Shown here one piece after another: positions 13,440-28,685 of a DNA stretch of 64,000 nt; position 1 is the stretch's first letter, and the number at the start of each line of letters is the position of its first letter. Below the pieces are notes generated by a model, which was not told the DNA's origin, did no database searches, and was given only the letters and a program-made list of their open reading frames with translations. The position numbers and the translations under genes were made by a program. The stretch is from Eledone cirrhosa (taxonomy: Eukaryota): the NCBI GenBank assembly GCA_964016885.1, contig OZ024740.1, forward strand, positions 57,598,001 through 57,662,000, written 5' to 3'.

Positions 13440-14210
13440 CTCTTCTCTCTATTTTGATAAATGTCATTAATATATGCCACAAACAAAAGGGGGCCAAGAA
13501 CAGATCCCTGTGGTACACCAGATGACATCTCATACGGTGAGGAATGCTGTCCTAGAACCGTGACTGAGAATGAAGGACTTCAACCAGTTAAAAAGATGAT
13601 CCTTCACACCCATTGCAGAGAGTTTTGCCATAAGTCTTTTGTGTGGCACAGAATTGAAAGCTTTAGCAAAGTTAAGGTAAACAACATCCACCCATGAGCT
13701 GCCATCAGTGATAAGTTGATCACAGCAGCTGGAGTTAGAGATAAATCCAAATTGTGAGGGCCAGATAAGACTGTGAGAGTTCCAGAAGTTCCAAAGTGTT
13801 CCTCTGACACAGGATTCCATCAGTTTGGCAATACAGCTAGTAAGACTGACTGGACGGTAGTTCACAGGTGATGTGCGGTCACCCTTTTTGAACAGGGGAA
13901 TGACACTGGCAGTTTTCCACTGTTCTGGAGTAGCACCATTGTTCGGACAGAATTGGAAGAAGCGTGATAGCTGGTGCAGAAGGCAGTACCCACCACGTTT
14001 GAGAAGCAGATACGTAACACCATCAAGACCAGGAGAGGCATAGTTGCGTTTATTTTTAAGGTGACGTCGCAGCATTGCAGGTGTAAATTCCATAGTTGTA
14101 ATAGAATCCGATGTCAGAGGTGGTGGAGATGGTTCACTCTGGTCTTCAACAGTGAAATGCCTGCATAGCATTCAGCAATAAGTTCTGCGCATTCCTTGGT
14201 AACCTGGCTT
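13440..14210 (-). mobile_element. CR1/L2-group LINE RT fragment
   Basis: SPGLDG, WKTASVIPLFKKGDR, NYRPVSLTS, QFGF, VVYLNFAKAFNSVPH, then [13 protein letters not shown] in a shifted frame. Confidence 0.85.
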
Positions 14211-14334
14211 GTGTGGGGATTGCGAAGAGGACCTACTGGAGAGTGAGGCCTCTGCTTCGAGTGAACATAGTTCCAGAACACCTAACTGTCAGGGTTGATT
14301 GCTATGTGCTGAATATGAATAAAATATATATATA

Positions 14335-14622
14335 TATATTAAGAATCAGAGGCCAAAAGATCAAAATTTCAGTTCAACATATTTTATTCATAATCATGCA
14401 TGTGTTTCACAAATGACCAGCTCAGAGCTTTAATTAATAAATCAGAGATGAACATACCACAATTCTGATTTAAACTGTGTCAGATGAAAAAAAATCAATC
14501 CCAGAGTTGTAGCTGATTATAATTGATTAAGGTTCTCAGCTGGCCATTTGCAAAACACGTTACGCGTAATTACAAATAAAATATGTTAAACATAAATTTC
14601 CCAATCTCTCATTCTTGAATAT
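14335..14622. mobile_element. TA-flanked imperfect fold-back element
   Basis: 14372-14445 is the approximate reverse complement of 14513-14590; outer ends also match loosely; arms carry a GAAACAC-like HHR 3' half and AATAAA. Confidence 0.65.
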
Positions 14623-14764
14623 AAATGCTCTGCATATTATACCAATAACAAATATGTCAGTACTAATAATACACACTTTTAACACTGAATACTTAATTCA
14701 TGTAAAAGCATAGTGTGCTCAAACAGGTGCTACTTAGAGTAATATATTAATGTGTATATATATA

Positions 14765-14848
14765 CACTCCCCACAACAGGACAACCCATCTAACCCATGC
14801 TAGCATGGAAGCACAGACGTAAAACGGTGATGATGATGATGATGATGA
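14765..14848 (+). mobile_element. RTE subfamily B 3' stub
   Basis: cccacaacaggacaacccatctaacccatgctagcatggaagcacagacgtaaaacggt(gat)n. Confidence 0.85.
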
Positions 14849-14891
14849 TATATGTATATATATATATATATATATATAATCATCATCATCA

Positions 14892-14922
<31 letters not shown>

Positions 14923-14988
14923 ATATATATATATATGTATGTGTGTATATATATATATATGTATGTGTGTATATATATATATATATAT

Positions 14989-15076
<88 letters not shown>

Positions 15077-15294
15077 ATATATATATATATATATATGTAG
15101 ATAAATCTACCAAAAGTTTACGGTAGTGTCCAATCCGTATGAAGAACTCAATGTAATCCGGATATCATGAAAAGAAGAGATGCATTCAAAAACCACTTTC
15201 GGTGAAAGATAAACGGAAAACAGAGTCAAGATAATTTATTAAAAAAATAATGAATAAACAAAGAAACAGTTCCTTATATTAAACAAAAAAAGTT

Positions 15295-15433
15295 CATTAT
15301 TTTACGATCGTTTCTAGGACATATATGTGTTAGAATTGGTATGCATATTCAAAAGATCTATGTACAAAATTATACAAACTATCAGAGGGAATATTCATAC
15401 CTTCACATATATATGCTGTCTTCAGAAATAATG
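15295..15433 (-). ncRNA. Type I hammerhead ribozyme with ~104-nt stem II
   Basis: Minus strand: cattattt-CTGAAGA-[104-nt hairpin]-GAAA-CGATCG-TA-aaataatg; 8-bp perfect stem I; palindromic stem III. Confidence 0.85.
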
Positions 15434-16132
15434 ATGCTTGTTTATTGATAATAACAACAATTCAATACAATAGGTCTGTTTGGGAACAGATTTTGAATAG
15501 ACCAATGAAATAGAGATTGAAATTCATCAAGAAAATATAGTTAGGTGTGTGTATATGTATGTAAATACGCTCACAGATGTGCATATATGTGTATGCTCAT
15601 ATGTATACGTATAGTGAAAAAGTGTGTGTAAATCTAAAATTTAGGGCTAATGTATCTGTATGTCTGTAATCAACAGACGGAATAGATACATCATAAGTAT
15701 ATGAATATTGAGGTGCTCACATAAACACGCCCACACACACTTACATTTAGATGCGGAAGTAAAAGAGGTAAGGGAGTATAGTAATTAAAGGAAAGTGTCA
15801 ATCTCGACATACTTATAAAAATGTATCAATAAATTAGAAATAAAAAATAAAATGTTTTTTTTTTATAAGAAAAGACAAAAAAAGACAAAAAAAGGGGGGG
15901 GGGTACATACATACACAGACACGCATGTCTCAAAAAGAAACATAAAAAAACATAAAAGAGAGACATAAAATTATACATGCTTATATACACGCACATTTAC
16001 ACATCCATACGTTCGATACGTACATACATACACACACACATACACATACTTACACTCACGCATATTGACCTGTTTGTATGCACACGCATAAAAATAAGTA
16101 AAACATATACCCATACATATATATATATACAC

Positions 16133-16165
<33 letters not shown>

Positions 16166-16266
16166 TACACATGTATATATACAACCACTCACACACACAC
16201 ACTCAGACATACATATATATAGACATACACAGTCAGACACATATACACATACATACACACATCCCT

Positions 16267-16297
<31 letters not shown>

Positions 16298-16489
16298 TGC
16301 ATACATAAGTATTTTTATCCTCACATACATACACACATACATAGATACACACTTACATATACATCCACGCTTACATATACATATAATTATTGGGGGGGGG
16401 GGGATTAAATTTATTAGTGGGAAATAGTAAATATATAGGTTTCAAGGAACATAGAATACTAACCTGCAGTTAAAGCTTTATATGTGTTT

Positions 16490-17480
16490 ACTTAGTGGTA
16501 TCAGTTTTAGGAAATGGTATTTGTAAGAAGGAAAGCCAAATTATGTATTTTAATATAAGTAGAATATTAATTATAGGTTAACTAAAATAAAAATAGTTTA
16601 TATATTAATTTCTAAGGTGTATACTAATTAGGTTTATAATATTTAAAGCGGAATTTTGAAGTTCAACAGTATTAGAGTATTAATTATGGCTTAACTAAAT
16701 TAAAAATAATTACATATATTTACTTGATGGTATCAGTTTTAGGAAATGAATTTTGTAAGAGGGAAAGCCAAATTAAGTAGTTCATCGGTAGTAGATTATT
16801 AATTATAGGTTAACTAAATTAAAAAAAAAAAAAAAAAAAAAATTTTGTATATTAATTTCTATAGTATATGTTAATTAGGTTTATAATATTTAAAGCAGAA
16901 TTTTGTATTTTATCTATAGTAGAATTTTAATTATAGGTTAACTAAATTAAAATTAATCTATATATTAATTTCTAAAGTGTATATTAATTAGGTATATATT
17001 TAAAAGTTTTTCTCAGTTTATGATTACACGATATTTTGTATTTCATCTGTAGTAGAATTTTAATTATAAGTTAACTAAATTAAAATTATAGGTTAACTAA
17101 ATTAAAATTAATTTATATATTAATTTCTAAATTGTATATTAATTAGGTTTATAATATTAAAAAGTTTTTCTCCGTTTTTAATTACACGATATTTTGTTGT
17201 ATTTCATCTGTAATAGAATTTTAATAATAGGTTAAATAAACTAAAATTAATCTATATATTAATTTCTAAAGTGTATATTAATTAGGTTAATAATATTTAA
17301 ATGTTTTTCTCAGTTTATGATTATACGATATTTTTTATTTCATCTGTAGTAGAATTTTAATTAAATTAAAATTATAGGTTAACTACATTAAAATTAATTT
17401 ATATATTAATTTCTAAAATATATATTATTAATTAGGTTTATAATATTTAAATGTTTTTCTCAGTTTATGATTACATGATA
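16490..17480 (-). repeat. AT-rich degenerate tandem repeats (~120-150 bp)
   Basis: Recurrent attaggtttataatatttaaa..tttttctcagtttatgattacacgata..ataggttaactaaattaaaatt units. Confidence 0.85.
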
Positions 17481-17794
17481 TTATTAATTCCTGTCGCTTA
17501 TTTAATAGGATATCCTTAGATTTCATTATTTCAAATAGTTCTTGGGAACACAATCTACATTCATTTCTATTATTTTGATAAGGGGTGGCTCTTTTGAGCA
17601 CACTCCAGGTCATATCATATTCTATATTCCTCTTTCTATAACTATTAATTTTTTCTGCTAGAGATGTTGTATTAGCCAGTGCGGCATTTTTAAAATTATG
17701 TTTGTGGGTATTAAATCTTACCTTAAAATTGTTAGAAGTAGCTCCTATATATGAGCAAAAAGAATCCGAATTCTTTATCCAAAGAAGAATCCGA
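17428..17794 (-). pseudogene. Second, N-truncated PLE GIY-YIG endonuclease domain
   Basis: SYIGATSNNFKVRFNTH..TTSLA..WSVL..CRLCSQE..LLNKRQE..SCNH parallels the C-terminus of the 18078-20768 ORF; upstream FIFIFI is microsatellite-encoded. Confidence 0.85.
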
Positions 17795-18077
17795 ATAAAA
17801 ATAAAAATAAAAATAAAAATAAAAATAAAAATAAAAATAAAAATAAAAATAAAATAAAATAAAATAAAATAGCGTAAAATATATAATCTTATATATATAT
17901 TCATAAGGTGTTAATAGTGAAAATTTAATGCGTAAGAAGATAGATATGGTACAGTAGCCAAAAGATTATGAGAGCTAGAATAAAGAGTCATCAAAAACCA
18001 ATGATAATAATGATGATAATAATAATGGTGGTAAACAAAAGAACCTAAACTAAAAAATAAGTAATGGAATATATCAG

Positions 18078-20768
18078 CTAATGGGTACAATTTGTACTAC
18101 TAGAACGTTTAGGTTTATAATAAAAGTATGAATTAGAAATAGCGTGGGGGCAAGAAGAGAATATCTCAGACTTTCTATTAAGTAAGGATTCGCTAGAGAA
18201 AATTATAGAGTGTGTCTCGAGGATACAGAGATTACAAAACTTAGTATGTGTAGAAAGGTGGTTAGAGCGTGCTACTAAACGCCAGTTAAGGCTATATGGT
18301 ATATTAGCTCCCTTAAGATCCCAGATATAATGTGCTAAAGAAGTAGAATTCTTAAACTTAACATGTTTGAAATTAGAGATATGAGAGTTAAACCTAGTCT
18401 TAAAAGTGTTAGATGTAGAGCCTATATAAGTTCTATTAGAGGAATTAGTTATAACTTCGCAAGCATAGACAATGTTCTTAGAAAAGCAGTTACCGTTTAA
18501 AGGGCAGTTAGCACTCACTCTACAATTGCACTTCCGGGTGTTATTGGTTGGCTCAAGTGGTGATGCATTACATGTATGATTGCTATTAGATAAGGTCTGT
18601 TCTGGTGGTAATGCATTTCCAGATCTGTTCAGACTAGTAGTATGTAGAGAGGAGAATCCATCCCTAATTTTCCTATTGTTAGTGCTAGCTAAATGAGAAC
18701 TAATATTAGGGGTGGTAGAGAATGAAAGTTTAATAACATTTTTATTAAAAATACTATGGTATTTATGAGAAGGGGGGAAATTTTTCTCTAAGATAGAGAA
18801 GAAAGACCTAGGGATATTAGTTGATACTTCCTGATTATATGGCGGGTTAAAATAAGTATTTAATCGCCTTCTATTTTTATTCTTACCGACTCTACCATTA
18901 TCAAATATCCCACCATCGAGACTAGGGTTACTACAAGGATTAGTTAAAACCGCATTCATAGAATCAGCCAAAATTTCATTAAGTCTATTACAGTTTCTAC
19001 CTCCAGTAGATCTGCTGCTGTCCGGAATCCCATCAAAAGGATTAGGGCCAATGATAGGATCAGTAGGAGCAACATTATTAGAATAAGATCCAGCAAAATT
19101 ATCACCAATGAGTGAGCGCTCAGAGGGTTCAACTTGTTTCCTAGAGGTATTATATTCACTATTACGAGTCCCGTGGGTTAACTTATGGATGGGTTCAGAT
19201 ACACCTATATAATTTTTACGGTTATTATGTTTCCTACTCCCATTCATGGCCATGTTATGTGATATTATGTTATTATTATTAAAAGTAAGCAGAGACTTTC
19301 TAAGGTTACTATTATTATAATGTATTTTACTAGAGTAACCGGAATTTGCTAGGGCATTATTATAGTACTCAACATGTTCATTAAATGTTCCTACGTCCTT
19401 AGAGAGTGTGGAAATCCTATTAGATACACCCTTAATTATAGAGCTTATCATAGACTTGGGGTGGTTAGAATTGGGACTAACATAAGAAAGTATTTCATTA
19501 GGCTTATGGAAGGGTTTAAAAAAACTATTAGTGACCAAGTCCAAAGTCACATCTAAAAAGTTAACCGCTCTATCATTTCTATCTATCGTGATCGAAAGGT
19601 TATAGCTTTTAAAAAACTTATAAAGCTTCTTCTTATTATGCTCTACATTGTTGGTGCTAGAGTTAATTACAAACAATGCATCATCGCGATATAGTCCGCC
19701 TATAAGGTGCGGGAAGGTAGCATATAGTTCATTAAGGAGGAACAACCCAACAAGATCAGTAACCTGGGCCGAATCACTCGAACCCATTGTAACGTCGAAA
19801 TTATTGGGCGTGTTTTTACGGGTCCAAAATGTGTCCTCAAATTTAATAATAGTTTTACGGGCTGCTAGTATAATATCTACCTGTGATCGTGTAAGGCTGG
19901 ACACTCTCATGGCCAACATTAAAGCTTTATTGAGGAGGATGGGTGAAATTGATGTGTAGTAGGCATCAATATCGAATTGGATAAACTTATTAGATTCAAG
20001 TCTATTAATCCCAGAGAACCAATCTATAACTTCCTTAGTGTTCCCCCATAGGTTAAAATTAACCTTATCCCTAACATCTGGTATAATAAGGTCAAGGATT
20101 TTTTTACTGATAATGGCTATATCAGACTTAGAAGGACAGATGAGTCTAACAGAGGGGTTACTAATAAAATCAACCTTATGATCCTTAAGAGTGAATCTCG
20201 GTTCTCGAGGGTAATATGGCTGGGTATACTTATCGAGGCCGAGGTCAGAGACAATTCTAAGACCCTCACTATTGATGTGGTTCAAATTCTCAAGCGTAGT
20301 TTTTTTATAATTTCTATGTAGCTCCTTATAAATAAAGTCACGGTAAGCACTATAATCCATGGAGTATAGATTCTTAGTCTTATCTGCCGGGACAAGAATG
20401 GACTTATTCTCACCGAAACCCTTAACAATATTTTTAAGTCTAGACTGGAACTTCTCAAAATTATTATAATTTCTATGTCTATTATTTGGCCTATACCTAA
20501 TATTTTTGACAAGAGAGAGTAAGTCACTTTCAAAACTATCTAATAGAATATTATGTGGTGGGCTCTTATAAGTTTTGAAGCTGTAGTTATTAAAATTTGT
20601 TCCATTCCTGGGGTCCTTCCTATTCTTATTATTATCATAGTGGAAAGCACGCCATCTAATCCTTTTTACAAAGGAGTTAACACTAGCTATGAATAGTTTT
20701 TCGTAAGTATTCTTAGAGGGGGTGGGAATATTCTTCAGAGATAAAGGCAGGTAACTCTTTGTTAGCAT
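18078..20768 (-). CDS. PLE polyprotein: reverse transcriptase plus C-terminal GIY-YIG endonuclease (~896 aa from first ATG)
   Basis: SLKNIP, ADKT, FDIDAYYTSI, GSSDS, LYRDD, NFLDVTL, SNHP, FNPPY, CNCRxxxxCPLxGxC, IVY..YIG..FKTR, CNLC; frame open from 20921 (TTG), first ATG at 20768. Confidence 0.92.
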   Translation of the reverse strand: MLTKSYLPLSLKNIPTPSKNTYEKLFIASVNSFVKRIRWRAFHYDNNKNRKDPRNGTNFNNYSFKTYKSPPHNILLDSFESDLLSLVKNIRYRPNNRHRNYNNFEKFQSRLKNIVKGFGENKSILVPADKTKNLYSMDYSAYRDFIYKELHRNYKKTTLENLNHINSEGLRIVSDLGLDKYTQPYYPREPRFTLKDHKVDFISNPSVRLICPSKSDIAIISKKILDLIIPDVRDKVNFNLWGNTKEVIDWFSGINRLESNKFIQFDIDAYYTSISPILLNKALMLAMRVSSLTRSQVDIILAARKTIIKFEDTFWTRKNTPNNFDVTMGSSDSAQVTDLVGLFLLNELYATFPHLIGGLYRDDALFVINSSTNNVEHNKKKLYKFFKSYNLSITIDRNDRAVNFLDVTLDLVTNSFFKPFHKPNEILSYVSPNSNHPKSMISSIIKGVSNRISTLSKDVGTFNEHVEYYNNALANSGYSSKIHYNNSNLRKSLLTFNNNNIISHNMAMNGSRKHNNRKNYIGVSEPIHKLTHGTRNSEYNTSRKQVEPSERSLIGDNFAGSYSNNVAPTDPIIGPNPFDGIPDSSRSTGGRNCNRLNEILADSMNAVLTNPCSNPSLDGGIFDNGRVGKNKNRRRLNTYFNPPYNQEVSTNIPRSFFSILEKNFPPSHKYHSIFNKNVIKLSFSTTPNISSHLASTNNRKIRDGFSSLHTTSLNRSGNALPPEQTLSNSNHTCNASPLEPTNNTRKCNCRVSANCPLNGNCFSKNIVYACEVITNSSNRTYIGSTSNTFKTRFNSHISNFKHVKFKNSTSLAHYIWDLKGANIPYSLNWRLVARSNHLSTHTKFCNLCILETHSIIFSSESLLNRKSEIFSSCPHAISNSYFYYKPKRSSSTNCTH

Positions 20769-21012
20769 ACTGTCAGATATATATATATAAAGGCCAAAAT
20801 ACCAGTATATATGAGGAAGCTCGACCGATCGGGAGCAGTGACAAGGGTTAAAATACTGGAGCGTGTTGGAGTCAAACACCCTCTTCGTATTATAGAAATG
20901 ACAGTAAAAGGTATAGCTCAATGTAGTTAAACAGAGCCGAAAAATTAAGAAAGTAAAACAAAGAAGCCTTCAATACTTCAATCTGCCGATAATACTTCTT
21001 GTTGTTTTAATT

Positions 21013-21050
21013 GCCCTGATTAGTCCTTAATAGGACGAAACATTGTCGGC
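21013..21050 (+). ncRNA. Minimal type I hammerhead ribozyme, G8>U variant
   Basis: gcc-CTGATTA-gtcct-taat-aggac-GAAA-catt-GTC-ggc followed by AATAAA. Confidence 0.75.
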
Positions 21051-21142
21051 TAATAAAGACTTTTGATGTATTGAAGGCTTCTTTGTTTTACTTTCTTAAT
21101 ATATATATATATATATATGTGTGTGTGTATATATATATATAA

Positions 21143-21184
<42 letters not shown>

Positions 21185-21270
21185 ATATATATATATATAT
21201 GTGTATATATATATATATATATATGTGTGTATATATATATATATTTATATGTGTATATATATATATATAT

Positions 21271-22319
21271 CTCTGGTGCAATAAGTAGCAGCAAGTGCGC
21301 ACAAAATACTAGCTCTTTCAACTGCGCAGAGGGTTCTATAGAAATAGTGGACAGCTTCCGTTACCTGGGTGACAAAATCAGCAGTGGGGGAGGGTGCTCT
21401 GAAGGTAGAGTAGCTAGATTCAGAACTGGATGGCAAAAGTTCAGAGAGCTTATACCACTATTAGCCGCTAAAGGGTTCTCCCTAAAAATGAAAGGCAGGT
21501 TGTATGATGCCTGCATACGAACAGCAATGTTGCATGGCAGTGAGACCTGGGTATTGTGTGCAGAGGATATATGCAGACTAGAGAGGAACGAAGCTTGCAT
21601 GCTCCGCTGGATGTGTAATAGTAATATACGTGAACGGCAAAGCATAAACGAACTAAGGAAAAAATTAGAAATAAGAGGGATCAGATGCTGTTTACTCGAG
21701 AGAAGGCTACGTTGGTATAGTCACGTGATGCGCATGAAAGACGATAGCTGTATAACAAAGTGCAGGGCAATAAAGATAGACGGTAGCCACGGAATAGGCA
21801 GACCCAGAAAAACCTGGGACGAGCTGATAAATTCCGACCTCACACACTTACACCTCTCCAAGACAATGTCACTGGACCGAGACCTTTGGCGGCACTCGGT
21901 AATAGAGAAGACCCGCCTTACCTAAATACAAAGTAAAACCTACTACAGTCAGTAAGCATCTCTAACAAAATACATCCCCGTCCCACCACCCCCCACCCCA
22001 TCCACACCGCCCCTTTCAATGTAAAGTTATGTTGGTGCCACAACATCCAGACCAAAACAAATGAGATCGTGTAGGTGGCACGACAAAAAAAAACACAGTC
22101 CACGCTGTAATGTGGCCGTGTAGGCAACACGGTAAAAACCTCCCAGCCCCACACTGTAAATGTGGTTGGTGTTAGGAAGGGCATCCAGCTGTAGAAAACC
22201 CGCCAGACAGTCCTATGCGAGCAAGACAATCACTCTTGCCTCAAGTGGGAAAACCCCCGTCCAAACCCATGCAAGCGTGGAACACGGACGTTAAACGTTG
22301 ATGATGATGATGATGATGA

Positions 22320-22320
<1 letters not shown>
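21271..22320 (+). mobile_element. RTE subfamily A 3' fragment
   Basis: ORF tail SGAISS..EKTRLT, 3' UTR, (GAT)n; flanked by (TA)n. Confidence 0.95.
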
Positions 22321-22418
<98 letters not shown>

Positions 22419-22435
22419 ATAAAAGCACTGGATAT

Positions 22436-22478
22436 GTAATCCTGATGATTTCTAATAAGAATGAAACGCGTAGGTTAC
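22436..22478 (+). ncRNA. Type I hammerhead ribozyme (copy 1)
   Basis: gtaatc-CTGATGA-t-ttct-aata-agaa-t-GAAA-cgc-GTA-ggttac; predicted cleavage after 22472. Confidence 0.9.
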
Positions 22479-22747
22479 TTCCCTTGCTTTTATCGAGAAT
22501 CTCAAATTGTAATACGTGACGTATTCTATTCTATGGCGATTGGGTCTTCGAAATGTTTATTATAAACATACAGAATATTTTCGAATATTCTATGTTTGTC
22601 TTCACATATATATCGCTATTTCAGAGCATTATATCCAAATTCTAATTTCTGCCGGACCGGCAACCGCTCTTTCAAACCAGTTCCTGTACACAGCTAAGTA
22701 TTCTATAAGTCTCTAGCTGTGTCATTCTCGATAAAAGCACTGGATAT

Positions 22748-22790
22748 GCAATCCTGATGATTTCTAATAAGAATGAAACGCGTAGGTTAC
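22748..22790 (+). ncRNA. Type I hammerhead ribozyme (copy 2)
   Basis: Identical core; stem I extended by attctcgataaaagca / tgcttttatcgagaat; predicted cleavage after 22784. Confidence 0.9.
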
Positions 22791-22912
22791 TTCCCTTGCT
22801 TTTATCGAGAATCTCAAATTGTAATACGTGACGTATTCTATTCTATAGCGATTGGGTCTTCGAAATGTTTATTATAAACATACAGAATATTTTCGAATAT
22901 TCTATGTTTGTC

Positions 22913-23468
<556 letters not shown>

Positions 23469-23789
23469 GGTGGCTGCCAACTCGTTTTCGAGTACGGCCA
23501 CTACTTTATATCCATGTAGGAGAACCCCTACCAATGCGCTGAACGAGTGTTACTTTTTAGTCCAGCCAGCGACTTGAAAACTCTGGTACAAACACTACAC
23601 TTGTGACATTTATTGACACATAGTGCTGGGCCCTTGGTACCATGTGACGACAAGTGCAGAGAGATCTCCAGATATAAAGCAATGCCTGTGCTGTGAAGCT
23701 TTTCTAGTGAGCAAAGTCACTGCACAAAGCCAGTCCCACTCTCTTAACCAAGATGATATTTACCAAAAAGAAGAACAATTCAACATCAT

Positions 23790-24080
23790 TGGATACCATC
23801 AGGGTTGCAGGTGTTATATCAGAGTTTTCCTTCTCCTAGAATTTTGCCTTGACAAAGGCTAAGGGGTCATCTCTCCCAGTGATTTTGGATGGCTATTGAC
23901 TCTTAAGAGCCCCTTTGCCTTTTGACAGGTTTTGTTTTTAGTCCTGCAGGATGTCCAAAGCCACCCTCCTCACCAAGAAACCTTAGTGGGGTTGCCAGTT
24001 TAGTCGCCAACGACCCGACCATGAGACAGGTTGTACTGGGATACATGTTACCAATAGCACCAACTGGTGACCTGACATAA
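23790..24080 (+). mobile_element. Possible RTE-type 5' UTR fragment
   Basis: agagttttccttctcctag..ttgcct..caaaggct resembles RTE 5' UTR motifs; recall only. Confidence 0.3.
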
Positions 24081-24170
24081 TATTGTCTTCCCAACTTCAT
24101 TGTTAATCTCTGAAAATGGAATTAGAATTGATAAAAATCTACTGATGTTAACTTGGTTGACCTCTTTTGC

Positions 24171-24516
24171 TGACACAGTGTTTTCTGTCAGGTATGCAGA
24201 AACAGTCGAACAAGTAAATTTTCTCCTGATGACAACAAATATCTTTTGTTTTGAAATAAAATCAGTATTTTATGGAAATATCTTAAGCTTAGTAATTGAA
24301 TGTCTAATTTAACAAACATACCTGCCAACATATATATATATATACATATATATATATATGTTGGCAGGTATGTTTGTTAAATTAGACATTCAATTACTAA
24401 GCTTAAGATATTTCCATAAAATACTGATTTTATTTCAAAACAAAAGATATTTGTTGTCATCAGGAGAAAATTTACTTGTTCGACTGTTTCTGCATACCTG
24501 ACAGAAATATGTGTCA
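24171..24516. repeat. Long inverted repeat (~150-bp arms) centred on a (TA)n tract
   Basis: 24183-24330 is the reverse complement of 24360-24507. Confidence 0.92.
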
Positions 24517-24556
24517 AGGTCCCAAGCTTCAATTGTTTAATTCTCTGAAAATGGAT

Positions 24557-28685
<4,129 letters not shown>

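Larger units (their letters stand above)
15100..17794 (-). mobile_element. 5'-truncated PLE module: GIY-YIG C-terminus, long 3' UTR and HHR-containing tail
   Basis: GIY-YIG ORF part at 17428-17794, tandem repeats, HHR at 15295-15433, AATAAA, terminates in (TA)n near 15098. Confidence 0.7.
17795..21100 (-). mobile_element. Penelope-like element with intact ORF and inverted upstream pLTR (Hydra-clade-like)
   Basis: RT+GIY-YIG ORF; inverted repeat 20944-20976 / 21068-21100 enclosing an HHR; abuts (TA)n. Confidence 0.88.

Noticed and set aside
20769-20805. Possible splice acceptor (ctgacag) just before the PLE ATG
   Set aside because: Nearest GT donor gives only ~33 nt; an intron cannot be supported without transcripts.
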